This document shows, piece after piece, positions 38,501-50,873 of a DNA stretch of 64,000 bases. Source of the stretch: Haliotis rubra (Eukaryota); NCBI RefSeq assembly GCF_003918875.1, contig NW_025767743.1, forward strand, positions 124,001 through 188,000. The letters run 5' to 3'. The notes under the pieces were generated by a model that saw nothing but the letters and a program-made list of their open reading frames with translations, searched no databases and was not told where the DNA came from. Within the stretch, counting starts at the first letter, position 1, and the number at the start of each line of letters is the position of its first letter. Position numbers and translations under genes: made by a program.

Positions 38501-41500
38501 AGTTGATTCGTTGAAGCCCTTCATATACACTACTGACCTGAGAATTGACCCGTATTATCATGTATGAGTGCTGCCCACTGGCACTTGCCAATATAGCGAA
38601 GGGGTCCCAGGTTGTCTGCGATCAAGTGTAGTGCGATGGGTGAAGCAAGGTGCAAGGCATGTGCAGCTACGCGAGGAATCAATTTCAACGTCATGCAATG
38701 CATGTGCACTAGCCTACATCTGCTCCATCTTGAATATAGTTGCAATTGGTTTGACCTTTCACAAAGTTCCTTGTCTCTTCCAGACCAGAAGCACCAGGCC
38801 TTTACCGCCGACATTGCCTCCTCTGCAGATGTTAACGCCATGATGGCACAAATCAAGAACCAGTTTTCGGTGCTGCCATCAGTGGCTGTAAACTCTGCTG
38901 GAATAACACGAGACAACTTCCTCATGAAAATGGATGAGAAAAATTTCGACAAGGTCATAGATGTCAATTTGAAGGTTTGTAGATGAATTTGGAATCAAAA
39001 TATTTTTTGATTTTAAAGAAAGCCAAAAATGAAGAAAAGTTAAAAAATCATTCAATTTAGTCTTGGTTTGAATGAGAATGCTGAAAGTAGTGTTGTAATC
39101 AGGTTATGTTTGTGTGTGAGTCGAATCTGTTAGAATTTACTGTGGAATGTCAACATCTCAAAACAAGTGAGTTGTGTGGTAAGGGTTACTCTGTGACTGT
39201 CATGTTTCTTTTCTCCCTCCCCCTCCCCCCACAGCTGTTTCTTGGACAGTTTATGATGCTTATTTCTCCCTCACCAGGGCATGATGGAGGGAAGGTGGCA
39301 ATGGTTCTATCATGGTGAACCAGCATCGGCAAGGTCGGCAGATGCATGATGGAGGGGAAGGTGGACAATGGTTCTATCATCAATATATCCAGCATCGTTG
39401 GCAAGGTAACCATGGCATGGCTTCTGTTAAAGATGGGTAATATTGGGTGAAGGCTAGATGTATTTCCTCATGCTTCTGTTAAAGATGGGTAATATTGGGT
39501 GAAGTCTAGATGTATATCCCATGTTTCTGTAAAAGATGGGTAATACTTGGTGAAGCCTACAGTCCGTTTGAGTCAGAAACGGACCGATGAATTACAAATT
39601 TTATCATTGTACAAAATTGCCACATAAATATAAATAGTACATATGTTTATCATTTACTAATACCCAACAGATTTCTTATATTTGAAAATTTTCGGACTCC
39701 ACCAAAAAAGTTCTTTAAGAAACAAAGTTGTTATCTGTCAGCGGGCGGGGTGAAACCGCAGAAAGCGGAACAGCCAGTCATGGCGGGGACATCTCAAAAT
39801 CTATTCCGGGAGACCAGTCGGTTCCTCGCCTGTCGAGTGTCATAGTCCGACTGAAAGGGATGACAAGTGGTGCCACAGTTGCCTGTTGTAAGCCATCCGG
39901 AGACCAGTAACCTTGTTCAATGACGTTAGCTACCTTGTTGACACAGTTTTGCCAAGTTTCAGTCGCGTGATTTTGTTAAGGATTCCTTAACCAAAACCTC
40001 TCCGCCACGTAATCTAAAAGTTGTGTTTGATCTGGCAACATCTCCTTTGACAATACCCCATATCATTTCAATGGGCTTAAGGTCACAGTGATAGGGTGGA
40101 AGTCGCAGAATATCGTGACCCTTACTTTTATGTAACTGTCAACTTTGTAGAAAGGTTCACCTTTGTGGGTTTTTATGATCTCATATAGCTGAGCTTCGTT
40201 GCCTTTGAAGGCCGTGGGATCTGAAATTTGTCGAGCCATGATATCATATCACCTTTTCGACTGTTAGATGTCGGGCTTTACTGTCGGGTCCTGCGCTGTT
40301 GTATGGGGCATTGTCCATTACGATAAAAGACTTCTCTGGTAGAGCTGGTACCAACTTGTTTTTAACCCAATCGAGGGAAAACCGCACCATTCATCTCGGA
40401 ATGGTAGTCTCTGTTATCTGTGGACTTTGCCCTGAATACCAAGTCGCAGCCTGGGAGAAAGCCTTTGCTGGAGCAACCAGCATGGAGAATGATTAGTCTC
40501 TCTCCTTTCCCTAGAGGCAGCTTTAATCGTGACCCCTTATCACCCCATCGGGTACCCACTGACTGCTGGCAGTGTGCGCGAGGCATTGACCCAGGTCTCG
40601 TCCCAAGTACACTGGCTCGAACCCTTCCTCGCTTCTTCTTTATAACCCTGAGAAAATTATTTCTCAGCTTAACGATATCAGGCGTTCACAGAGTACTGAC
40701 CTATTCTCCCCGAAATTTTCTTATAACGATACCCAAAAAGAGTGTAAGAGTAAGCCAGAGTGTGTACTTTGATACTCTGAGGTTGTGTTCTTGCTTCAAA
40801 TGCTTTTTTAAAATTTTCAGCGACATGTATTTGTTTTCAGAATAGAGCTTGTTGATAGACTGCGTTACAAGGTTCTTTTGAAAGTTGTCCAAATGTTTTA
40901 ATTTGTGTGATTTTGACACGACCCCTACCTGCTTTGCATCACCCTCACAATGTTTGTGTTCCAGAACATTTGTCAGTACCCTTGCTGATACACCTAAAGC
41001 TTTTGCTGCCCGCTCACGGAATTTATTAATGGCATAAAATGGTTTGCCCCTTTCGGCTTCAGCACGGAAAAAATCATACCCTTTAATCATCAACTGTTTC
41101 ATGTCAGCATTCAACTTCATTTTTCATCAGGCATGTGTATCCCATGCATGAGGAGATAGTGGCTGTTCCGTTTCTGCAGTTACTCCCCCGCGACAGATAA
41201 CAACTTTTATGCGTTTTTCAATGATGATAGTTTCTTAAAGAACTTTTTGGTGGAGTCCAGAAAATTTTCAAATATAAGAAAGTTGTTGAGTATTTGTAAT
41301 GATAAACATGTAAACTATTTATATTTATGTGGCAATTTTGTACAATGATAAAATTTGCAATTCATCGGTCCGTTTCTGACCCCAAACAGACTGTAGATGT
41401 ATATCCCCTACTTCTGTTAAAGATGGGTAATATTGGTTGAAGTCTAGATGTATATCCCCTGATTCTGTTAAAGATGGGTAATATTGGGTGAAGTCTAGAT

Positions 41501-44253
41501 GTATATCCCCTGCTTCTGTTAAAGATGGGTAATATTGGGTGAAGCCAAGATGTGTATCCCCTGCGTCTGTTAAAGATGGGTAATATTGGGTGAAGCCAAG
41601 ATGTGTATCCCCTGCTTCTGTTAAAGATGGGTAATATTGGGTGAAGTCTAGATGTATATCCCCTGCGTCTGTTTCAGATGGGTAATATCGGACAGGGCAA
41701 CTATGCAGCATCCAAGGCAGGTGTTGTTGGACTAACAAAATCTGCTGCAAGAGAATTTGCAAGGTCTGAAACTGGTTGAATTTTATAGAATTGATTATTC
41801 ATGAATCATGAATCATGACAAATTACACTCAAGTTCACTCATCACGTCAAAGACTTCGGTTCGATGCCCCACATGGGCACAATGTGTGAAGCCCATATCT
41901 GGTGTCCCCGCTGTGATATTGCTGGAATATTGCCAAAAGCGACATAAAACTGATACTGAATAGTACTTGACACTGATACTTGAACATAATCCTGTTTTAT
42001 CTGAATGCATCTTGATTAGGTTACACATGTAATCATGGTTTGAACAGGTTCAACATTCGAGTGAATGCTGTCCTCCCTGGCTTCATCAATACTCCCATGA
42101 CGGCAGCAGTCCCAGAACACCTGCTGCAGAGGGCCATGTTCCTAGTTCCCATGATGAAGATGGGGAAGTCAGAGGGTGTGTTTAGATTGTGTTGTGTGTC
42201 AGTCAGCAGGGTTTCATCCACATCACATAATCATGGAAATAATATAATTATCCAGAGCCGCGATTTAGCTGGAATATTGTGTTAAACAACAACCAATGGT
42301 AAGTGGTTGATACCATGACCACCTATTCATGCCACTGATTCCATGCAGTCAGCCAGGGCATACATCACAGTAGTCGCATCTTGTGACCAGGGTTTGCACA
42401 GCCTTGAATTTCGAGGTCTGTCTTGATAGTCTTCAATTCCAAGGTCTGTCTTGACAAGGCCTTCAATTCCGAAGTCTGACTTGACAATGCCTTCAATTCC
42501 AAGGTTTGTCTTGACAAGGCGTTCAATTCCAAAATCTGTCTTGACAAGGCCTTCAATTCCTAGGCCTGTCTTGACAAGGCCTTCAATTCTCAGGTTTGTC
42601 TTGACAAGGCCTTCAATTCCCAGGGTTTGTCTTGACAAGGCCTTCAATTCCAAGGTTTGTCTGGACAAGGCCTTCAACTCCCAAGCCTGTCTGGACAAGG
42701 CCTTCAATTCCCAGGCCTGTCTTGACAAGGCCTTCAATTCCCAGGTTTGTCTTGACAAGGCCTTCAATTCCCCGGTCTGTCTTGACAAGGCCTTCAATTC
42801 CCAGGTTTGTCTTGACAAAGCCTTCAATTCCCAAGCCTGTCTGGACAAGGCCTTCAATTCCCAAGCCTGTCTGCACAAGGCCTTCAATTCCCAGGTCTGT
42901 CTTGACAAGGCCTTCAATTATTATTCAGCTAGAAGGATATGGTGCTCTGAACCTGGTTGTCATTCTTTCACCATCAAATCAGGCCATGGATAGCCAGATT
43001 CTATGACAAGTAATGAGAATGGTTTTGCAAGCAATGAAGAAAATTGCTGACATTTTGTGTTGTTACAGACGTAGCTGACGCTTGTGTGTTCCTGGCCAGT
43101 GACAGAAGCAAGTACATCACAGGGACAAGTCTGGAGGTCGCAGGTACGTTGTCCTTTAGGCACACTTCACCTGCACTAATTTAAGAACTATTAACCTTTC
43201 ACAGATCTTTTGTTAATATTCATGTTTTTGGTGAAATTATGCCTCTGTTTATCCAGCAGTGAATGGGTACCCGGTAGGATGAGGTTTTAATGTGACCCTA
43301 AACCTTCTAGTGTCTTACAGGCAGTTTGGTTGTCTATTCCCCAAGGAGCTGAGAAAGAATCATGTACACGCTCATCCATTGTCGGGGTAATGACAGTGTC
43401 AGAATTGTCAGGGTAATGACAGTGTCAGCATTGTCGGGGTAATGACAGTGTCAGCATTGTCGGGGTAATGACAGTGTCAGCATTGTCGGGGTAATGACAG
43501 TGTCAGCATTGTCGGGGTAATGACAGCGTCAGCATTGTCGGGGTAATGACAGCATCAGCATTGTCGGGGTAATGACAGCGTGAGCATTGTCGGGGTAATG
43601 ACAGTGTCAGCATTGTCAGGGTAATGACAGTGTCAGCATTGTCGGGGTAATGACAGTGTCAGCACTTCAAACTTGGACTGTAGCACATTACAAATCTAAC
43701 CTTTGTATGACCAAGTAACGAGTCTCCTCAGGAAGCTTCAGTGTTGCTCAGGATCGGGTGGTCAGGCTCACTGACTTGGTTGACACATGTCATCAGTTCC
43801 CAATTGCGCAGATCGATGCTCATGCTGTTGATCACTGGATTGTCTGGTCCAGACTCAATTATTTACAGACTGCCGCCATATAGCTGGAATATTGCTGAGT
43901 GTGGCCTAAAACTAAACTCACTCACTCAGAGTGTTGCTGATAATCTATTTGTGTTGCTACATTTCATTTGTAGCTCTAGCAAGCTACTGTCATCCACAAT
44001 GGAGAGCCCATCTGTCTAAGTGCAGTGCAGAGTGGCATACCTTTGTCATGCCAGAAACCTCTTATGGGTTTGAATCCCAAATTTGTCCTGGTCATGTTTC
44101 AAGGTTTGTCTGCACCAAACTTATGTTTCCTGGTAAATATCTAGAGCCTGCATGACTTCGAGTTTGGCGCCCATGCTGTGTGACATAACTGAAATGCTAT
44201 TCAAAACATTGTTGACAATCTTATTCTCTGTTGCAGGCGGCCTTGGCATATAA
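35600..44253 (+). CDS. HSD17B8: 17-beta-hydroxysteroid dehydrogenase 8 / 3-oxoacyl-ACP reductase alpha subunit (FabG-like SDR)
   Basis: Exons 35600-35642, 36425-36547, 38784-38974, 39278-39405 (scrambled), 41678-41763, 42048-42175, 43069-43143, 44237-44253. Motifs [61 protein letters not shown]. Confidence 0.92.
36670..36936. mobile_element. MITE with 7-bp TSD
   Basis: TIR CAGTGTAGGAAAGAT/ATCTTTCCTACACTG; GCATCAG duplicated at 36663-36669 and 36937-36943. Confidence 0.85.
36990..37602. repeat. minisatellite (17-19-bp subunits, about 35-37-bp dimer) in HSD17B8 intron 2
   Basis: CAGTAAAACATCCCCATCTGTAAAATATCTGT repeated. Confidence 0.92.
38081..38435 (+). mobile_element. SINE family A
   Basis: Plus-strand copy; CTACTGACC occurs at both ends; (CAC)n tail. 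Confidence 0.9.
39419..41690. repeat. 60-bp tandem array of the HSD17B8 exon 5 acceptor plus exon start, split by a transposon
   Basis: Unit CCCCTGCTTCTGTTAAAG|ATGGGTAATATTGGGTGAAGTCTAGATGTATAT versus real CCCTGCGTCTGTTTCAG|ATGGGTAATATCGG. About 3 units lie before 39560 and 5 after 41393. Confidence 0.93.
39560..41393 (-). mobile_element. decayed IS630-Tc1-mariner DNA transposon, Sailor-like (about DD81E)
   Basis: TA on both flanks (39558-9, 41394-5) and imperfect TIRs of about 220 bp starting CAGT. Frameshifted transposase fragments: HTH region 40701-41120, [11 protein letters not shown]...DYHSEMN, VMDNAPY (D at 40313-40315) and [17 protein letters not shown] (E at 40067-40069). Confidence 0.9.
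42410..42918. repeat. 30-bp minisatellite (about 17 units) in HSD17B8 intron 6
   Basis: TTGACAAGGCCTTCAATTCCCAGGTTTGTC repeated. Confidence 0.95.
43378..43663. repeat. 26-bp minisatellite (about 11 units)
   Basis: CATTGTCGGGGTAATGACAGTGTCAG repeated. Confidence 0.95.
43748..43927 (+). mobile_element. SINE family C (5'-truncated)
   Basis: GGATCGGGTGGTCAGGCTC...ATAGCTGGAATATTGCTGAGTG plus (ACTC)n; AGTGTTGCT on both flanks. Confidence 0.85.
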
Positions 44254-44437
44254 ACGATGAGGAGCCAGCCCTGTCCTATTCTGTGATACGGAGAGTTCCT
44301 TCCATAGCTTATATAGTTTTGATTGACTAAATAACAGCTTTTCTATGATGCCAACCGCTCAGTATACCTGCAGTGATTTCACAGCAGGTTCCATGTGATC
44401 AGTGTCCATTTGGAATAGGGGATGTTCTATTCACATC

Positions 44438-44580
44438 TGGGGCGGTGAGGTAGCCTAGTGGTTAAAGCGTTTGCTCGTCACGCTGAAGACCCGGGTTTGA
44501 TTCCCCACATGGGTAAATTACATTGTGTGAAGCCCATTTCTGGTGTCCCCCGCCATGATATTGCTGGAATATTGCTGAAA
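44438..44580 (+). mobile_element. SINE family B in the HSD17B8 3' region
   Basis: Head and body match family B. Confidence 0.8.
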
Positions 44581-44889
44581 TAAAACTGTCGTCAAATTGA
44601 TAAGTCAAGGTTTATGTGGTCACCACAAATAAGTTTCAAAACAAATTATTTTTATGTATGGTAAAAAATAGGGTGGCGTGTTTACTGTATCTATGCAGAT
44701 CTGTTTTGGGAGGCAATTGTTTCATGAATACAGCTTTTTTAATTTGCTCAATATTCAAGACCCACCAGCCTTTGTCTTTGATTTGTATGTCTCCTACTTT
44801 CATATTTGTACGTGCATGTATGCGATGTATGTTTGTCTCCTGTGTTGCTGTGCCACAATGCAGTCTTGATGCTATAAACTAAACTGTAA

Positions 44890-45078
44890 GCCACAAAGCT
44901 GTCTCGATACCACAAAGCAAATTTGATGCCACAAAGCAGTCTTCTTGCCACAAAGCAAATTCAATGCCACAAAGCAAATTCAATGCCACAAAGCAAATCA
45001 ATGCCAAAAAGCAAATTTGATGCCAAAAAGAACATATGATGCCACAGAGACGTCTTGATGCCAAACAGCAAATTTAAT
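44890..45078. repeat. about 19-bp degenerate tandem repeat
   Basis: GCCACAAAGCAAATT(T/C)(G/A)AT repeated. Confidence 0.85.
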
Positions 45079-45838
45079 GAATCTTTTATTATGAAGTCAA
45101 ATTGTAGGTTATTAATATTTATAAGTCTCTACTGCATTTTATCAATGTTATTTTTCACTATATTTTTATAGATTGTTTTTGTTGATAATCACATGAATAT
45201 AATACACAATTCATAAAAAGAGCATTGATGAATTCAGGTTTTGCTTTCACAGCTTAAAGAATAAGGGCAATCTGACTGCATTTTGGAACTGTGATGTATA
45301 ATCATGACAACTGTCTTTACCGTTTACTGGTACATGATTGTTTTGCATTGAACAATTTGTATTATTTATGAATGAATTGTTATGTATGATGCAACGATAA
45401 CAAAATGGCTGACAACAGTTTTGAAGGGATTGTCTAGTCTGACTATCTGACTCAGCTGATTGTGTCATGGTTCCCATGATATCAACCACTTGTTTGACTG
45501 GTCCAGAGCTGGTTATTTACAGCTGTGATGGAGCTGGAATATTGCAGAATGCTCACTGACTTCACTCACTTTAACCTCCTCTTTTCTATAATCATCTGTT
45601 CACTTAAAAAAAATTTGATTTGAATTTTCAAAGTTGACATTATTTTGATTTAAATCTATCGAGGTTATGAAATACCTACCTGGCATTATTAACATTCTGA
45701 CAATCATATTGCATCTATCCAACGTGATGTTTTGAAGCTTTTCACAATCACTGGAGCTATGTGAAGAAAAGCATTGATTTATTGGCTGGATATCATAAAA
45801 TAGAGGCAGTTATGGGAATGACTGCTACTAGCAGATTG

Positions 45839-46025
45839 GTTAGAGGAAGAACCCATTACTCCCACATAGTTTAGAGGAAGAACCATTACTAGAAGATTAG
45901 TTAGAGGAAGAACAGTTACTAGTACATAGGTTAGAGGAAGAACAGTTACTAGTACATAGGTTAGAGGAAGAACCATTACTAGAAGATTGGTTAGAGGAAG
46001 AACAGTTACTAGTACATATAGAGGG
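45839..46025. repeat. 30-bp minisatellite (about 6 units)
   Basis: TTAGAGGAAGAACAGTTACTAGTACATAGG repeated. Confidence 0.9.
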
Positions 46026-46366
46026 AAAAACAACACTGATACATTTCTGGTGACCCCCTGCCGTGATATTGCTGAAATATTTCAAAAGCGGCATAGACAA
46101 AACTGAACTCACTCACTTCTGAAAACTTTATGAACATCAGAGACCCCTGTAAAAGTTATCGACTTGTCTGTAATGTTTTTCTGTATTGAACAGTCGAGCA
46201 AGGAAGACATCTTTATGACAACATCAGCATCCTTGCCTTCAGTTCTTTGCTCATCCAAACATGCTCACTGACTTTAACCTCCTCTTTTCTACAATCATCT
46301 GTTCACTTACGATATTTTCAATTTGATTTTACAAAGCTGACACTCTTTTAATTTAAATCTATCCAG

Positions 46367-46715
46367 CAGGGCTCCAGATAAGGTCCGTATCGGCGTATGT
46401 ACGGATGAAAAATACGCACGATACGGTTGGAAATAATTTAGAAAATGTAACAGATACGCACCACAACAATGGTGTACGGTCTTAGAATCACTTACAGACG
46501 TATATATCTGAAAAAGTATTGTTTTATTGTTTACTGACCTGTTAACAGAATAGTAGCAATGTTGTGGTGCATATATGAAACGAAACACAAGATTACTGAT
46601 ACTCCATTAAATTCCATTCAGTACTCTAAATGTACACTTAAGGTTTTCCAGTACTCCTATGTTGAAACAATAAGGAGTATGTACTCCTGATCATGAAAAA
46701 TTATCTGGAGCCCTG
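46367..46715. mobile_element. MITE (same family as 8404-8749) with 7-bp TSD
   Basis: CAGGGCTCCAGATAA TIRs; TATCCAG duplicated; an empty paralogous site lies at about 45655. Confidence 0.9.
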
Positions 46716-47992
46716 TATCCAGCCAATGAAAACCCTACCTGGCATTATTACCATTCTGACAATCATATTGCATCTTTCTGACGTGATGTTTTGAAGCTTT
46801 TCACAATCACTGGATCTATGTTACCCTCAAGAAAAGCTTAGTTTGACTGGCTGGAAATATTAGAATATGCTCAACAATCGCTGGGGATAGTAACCTTTAT
46901 CGAGTTATTATAACCACACATTAGAGGTAATATTTTCATCAAGTTTCGCTCTGTATATTTGTAACTGAAAAACTGATGTTATATTGAAGAGTAATCAAAG
47001 TGTGGTCTTTGAGGAATGTGTAGATTCTCTTCTGAAGAAGATTAGCTTAAAATATGAGAGAACCCTGCAAAAGGTTTTACCTTGGCGATGTTCGTTCTGC
47101 TTTATCTGTCTTGAAATGAAGAGTTGATGACAATATACCATTTGAAACTGTATCTAGGTCGAGTTCTTGTCATCATTCAGTTTTTATTTTCGTCACGATT
47201 TAGCTGAACATGTGTAACTGAATTTTTTATTTGATTATATATCAAAGAGTAATCAAGAGGAACACTGTATCATTAGTCCGATTAGGTCCCCTGTATCCCT
47301 GTAACCACAAGAGATGACACCGTGACGGTGATTGTTAATCCGGAACTAATTGTACCGGTATATCTTAAACTTGAAATGTTTAAAATTTGAAGAGTTAGAT
47401 AAGTGTTAACTTTATGTATTCACCAGACAAGTGCATTACCTTTTCTTTTTCTTTCTTTTTCGGTCCGATCATGTAACATTTTAGGGAGAGTTTTCATGTA
47501 ATATACACGATTTTTTAGTCATCTTTTCGAGACATACAAACTTTTTCTCTGAAAGAATACAAAGAATATGGACTCAAACACAGTATTTTTCAGAACATCA
47601 GTTTTCTAGGGTGAATAATGAAACAAAATATTTTTCCCAGCATTTTTTAAAACGGATATCAATAGACAGCTCCTTTAGCATGCTAAATGTATTGATGACC
47701 TTGACCGAAAAGTGATCAAAGCTTTGCCATGACGCTGCCGGAATGTTAGCAATGGGAATATTGAGCTCACTAATATATGGAGTGTGTGCAATTATAGCAG
47801 GCTGAAGTATTCAAATATGTTTGTAAATATGTTGGATAATTCAAATATTTTCTTTTTGTACTGGACTTACTGGTAATAAACTGTTGAAATAATCATTGTC
47901 TGTCGTTGTGGTAATAGTTAGACATTTTAAGGGGGTGGCTTTATGACTGCTTGGAACAGTATTTGAGTCGGTTCCAGTGAGTCCGCTTAATA

Positions 47993-48836
47993 TACTAACC
48001 ACATAAAGAAACTGTGCACTCAGAAAATGCCTTCAGAATTGGAATACAGCACTGCAAAGACGAAATGATGTAGACACTTTATAAGCTGAAGTATCGGACC
48101 ACAAGAAAATGTCAAAAGAACATGAACAATATCCGTAACGATGACATAAGAAGTTCAAAATCGAGTTGGGGGTCACACGACGAAGTCACAAAATCAATAA
48201 CGGGTATGACCACCGTGTGCGTGAAGCACAGCAGTGCATCGAAGACGCATAGAGGCTACCAAATGAACATTGAAGGCCTGGGGAATGGTCTGGGGCGTGG
48301 TCACTGCTGTCTGGAACCTGTATCTGAGATGAGTCACCCGAATCCATCTGTCCTGTCTTGGCGTCGTTAAGTCGGGAATGCCCAGAACGTGGGTGGTCGG
48401 CGACGTCATTACTGTTTCGATAACGCCTGACCCATGCAGATATCGTGTTACGATGGCATTGGAAATGTGCTGCCACCTGTTGTTGGCTCATTCCTGCTCG
48501 AACCATTCCAATGGCTTCATGACGTTGAGTAGATGTTAATCTTGGCATGGTGTGCTAGTGACTTCTCATGTGGATTTGTGAACGTATGAATGACCAAAGA
48601 TCAAGCTTTCGACAGTGACAGCAATTTCAGAGTTTCACATGTTGTGTGCAGCTGTACGGGCTGCACGTGCAGTAACATATTGCAAGGCCTTAGGCCACCG
48701 TCAATGACGTCACGCCGCCTGGCACGTGCATGAGCGTTTGATTGTCTCCAATACTTGCTATGTTCACAAATGTATAAATACGCTGTGTGCCTATATTTAT
48801 ATTTTCTGTGTGCACAGTTTCTTTATGTGGCCAGTA
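47993..48836 (-). mobile_element. internally deleted Tc1-like transposon
   Basis: TA-flanked TIRs of about 35 bp (TACTAACCACATAAAGAAACTGTGCAC / GTGCACAGTTTCTTTATGTGGCCAGTA). N-terminal paired-type HTH MPRLTSTQRHEAIGMVRAGMSQQQVAAHF...RSG is joined to the Tc1 C-terminal motif SMRLRCTAVLHAHGGHTRY; the DDE core is absent. Confidence 0.9.
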
Positions 48837-49306
48837 TATGTGAAGAAATCCAGTTTAATGATATGATGGTGTTGGATGTTTACTACTTTGGGGAAACCCA
48901 CGAGGACAGGTATGATGCTGGCCAGTGTATGAAATAGCCACTTGCCCGCTAGCCCGTGGCCAGTAAATCTCCACTGTCACTGGCCCGACTGGCTAGTGAA
49001 TTTTCATGGGGTCATTTTATAAATATATCACTCTCTCTGACTTGTTAAGTTATAATACACTTTTAAATCATGAAAGATTATGGCCTGATAAAAATGTTCA
49101 TCATATTAGCAGTTTAATGATGAAACCTGTGTCTACATTCAATTTTGGGATAGTGAATTATGTTGTGGGCTAGTAACTTTCAGGCATAGCTAGCCTGACT
49201 GGCTCTTAAAATTTGGAAACTATTTAGCACACTGATGCTGACAAACCTCGGGATGATCTGAAATACCTATGTGACATACTCATGTGTACTAGGTCTTTTT
49301 TCATTA

Positions 49307-49470
49307 TGGGTAGTGGGGTAGCCTAGCGGTTAAAGCGTTTGCTTGTCACTTCGAAGACTTGAGTTCATTTGCCCACATGGGTACAATGTGTGAAGCCCAT
49401 TTCTGGTGTCCCCCGCAATGATATCGCTGGAATATTGCTAAGAGCGGCATTAAACCAAACTCATTCACCT
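49307..49470 (+). mobile_element. SINE family B
   Basis: Diverged full-length copy. Confidence 0.8.
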
Positions 49471-50208
49471 ACTTTTTTAAAAAGTTGCACCAAAGCTTTT
49501 TTCACCATCCTGCTAATCTTCGTAGTTGATGCCGCCAGTGTAAATGTATCGCACATCACTTTACAGAGTCAGAGCATTCAAAGATTCACAAGAAACTTAA
49601 TCAACATTTTAAAACAGGCTTTCACAAACACATTGCATGCTTATGTTTATTTATTACTTACATAAACATACATGACAAACCTACTCCATTTCAGGGTTGA
49701 TCAAAATAGAAAATACTGATATTTTCTTTAGACATTACTGTTCCACCATCCACCACTATGCTTCCATCACTGTTTCTATGGTGGGAAATATACCAAATAT
49801 CCTGTATGATAACTAACAAACCTGAAAGTCATCAAAGAATATGGAATGGATTTCTGTGGCAGTTCACGGTTTGACTGGCTGTCCGAGTAAGGTCTGGTTA
49901 TTGATGATCATAGAGATCATTAATTGGCAACTAAATAAATATTCTAGAAGTAATTATGAGCCAAACTAAAAGTAATGTCTTTTAAAAAATCCCATATATG
50001 ACATAAATGGTGAGTGGTGACACTTTTGTGAATGGATTTCTAACAAAAAGAACAGAACATTAGAGCAGTAGCCCATGAATGAACAAGTAACTTTGGGTAG
50101 TGTGTGTGTAAATTAAAATGTTTTTAATCACAATAGTTTAAGATATTATCGATGACACAATTTTTGATAATCCTTAATAATTCTTCCAACCCACGATAAT
50201 TTCAATTA

Positions 50209-50687
50209 CATTGAAACCTGTCTAATCCGGCACACTGTCAAAACCAGCATACAATTTTGGTCCCGCCATTTTACAACAATATTATGACCAGTAAAACATT
50301 GTCTAATCCAGCACCTGTCTATTCAGTATTCCGGCACGACTTTCCGGTCCCAACAAGCAATTTTAGCTGTAAGTAACACTGTCTAAACCGGCATGGGTAT
50401 GAGCAGTCCCAGCAAGGACCCATAATCCAATACACTAATTAATCCTCTTGGCATGCTAGATAATCAGGAAGTAGGTATAGCGCTGTAAATTAAACGCTCT
50501 AAGCCGGCATGGGTGTCAGCAGTCCAATCAAGGTCCCTTAATCCAATACCTTCTCATCACGCTCTGCATTATAGAAACAAAGAAATTGACGAGTGTAAAT
50601 GGCAGCCATGTTGAGAAATGATCGTCACTGTCTAATCCGGCACTTTATTTCGGTCCCGTGGAGTGTCGGTTTAGACAGGTTTCATTG
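50209..50687. mobile_element. pogo/Tigger-like MITE
   Basis: TA|CATTGAAACCTGTCTAATCCGGCAC...GTGTCGGTTTAGACAGGTTTCATTG|TA; internal TGTCTAATCCGGCAC repeats. Confidence 0.8.
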
Positions 50688-50873
50688 TATCTATCTTTGT
50701 AGCCATCCCTTGTCCAAGGCCAAGGACAAATAATGAAATAGACGACATGCATCCTTTCATATTTATTTGCTCTTCTATGGGTCTCTTTGTTACAACAACC
50801 AGTTCAGTATATATTTACATATATTTCCTCTTTCACAAGTCGAATATTTGCCCGAATAATGTCACTGTAGCTT

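Noticed and set aside
41325-41762. 145-aa minus-strand ORF with 20-aa repeats
   Set aside because: Antisense reading of the 60-bp acceptor array and HSD17B8 exon 5.
42327-43006. Several 87-196 aa repeat ORFs
   Set aside because: Translations of the 30-bp minisatellite in HSD17B8 intron 6.
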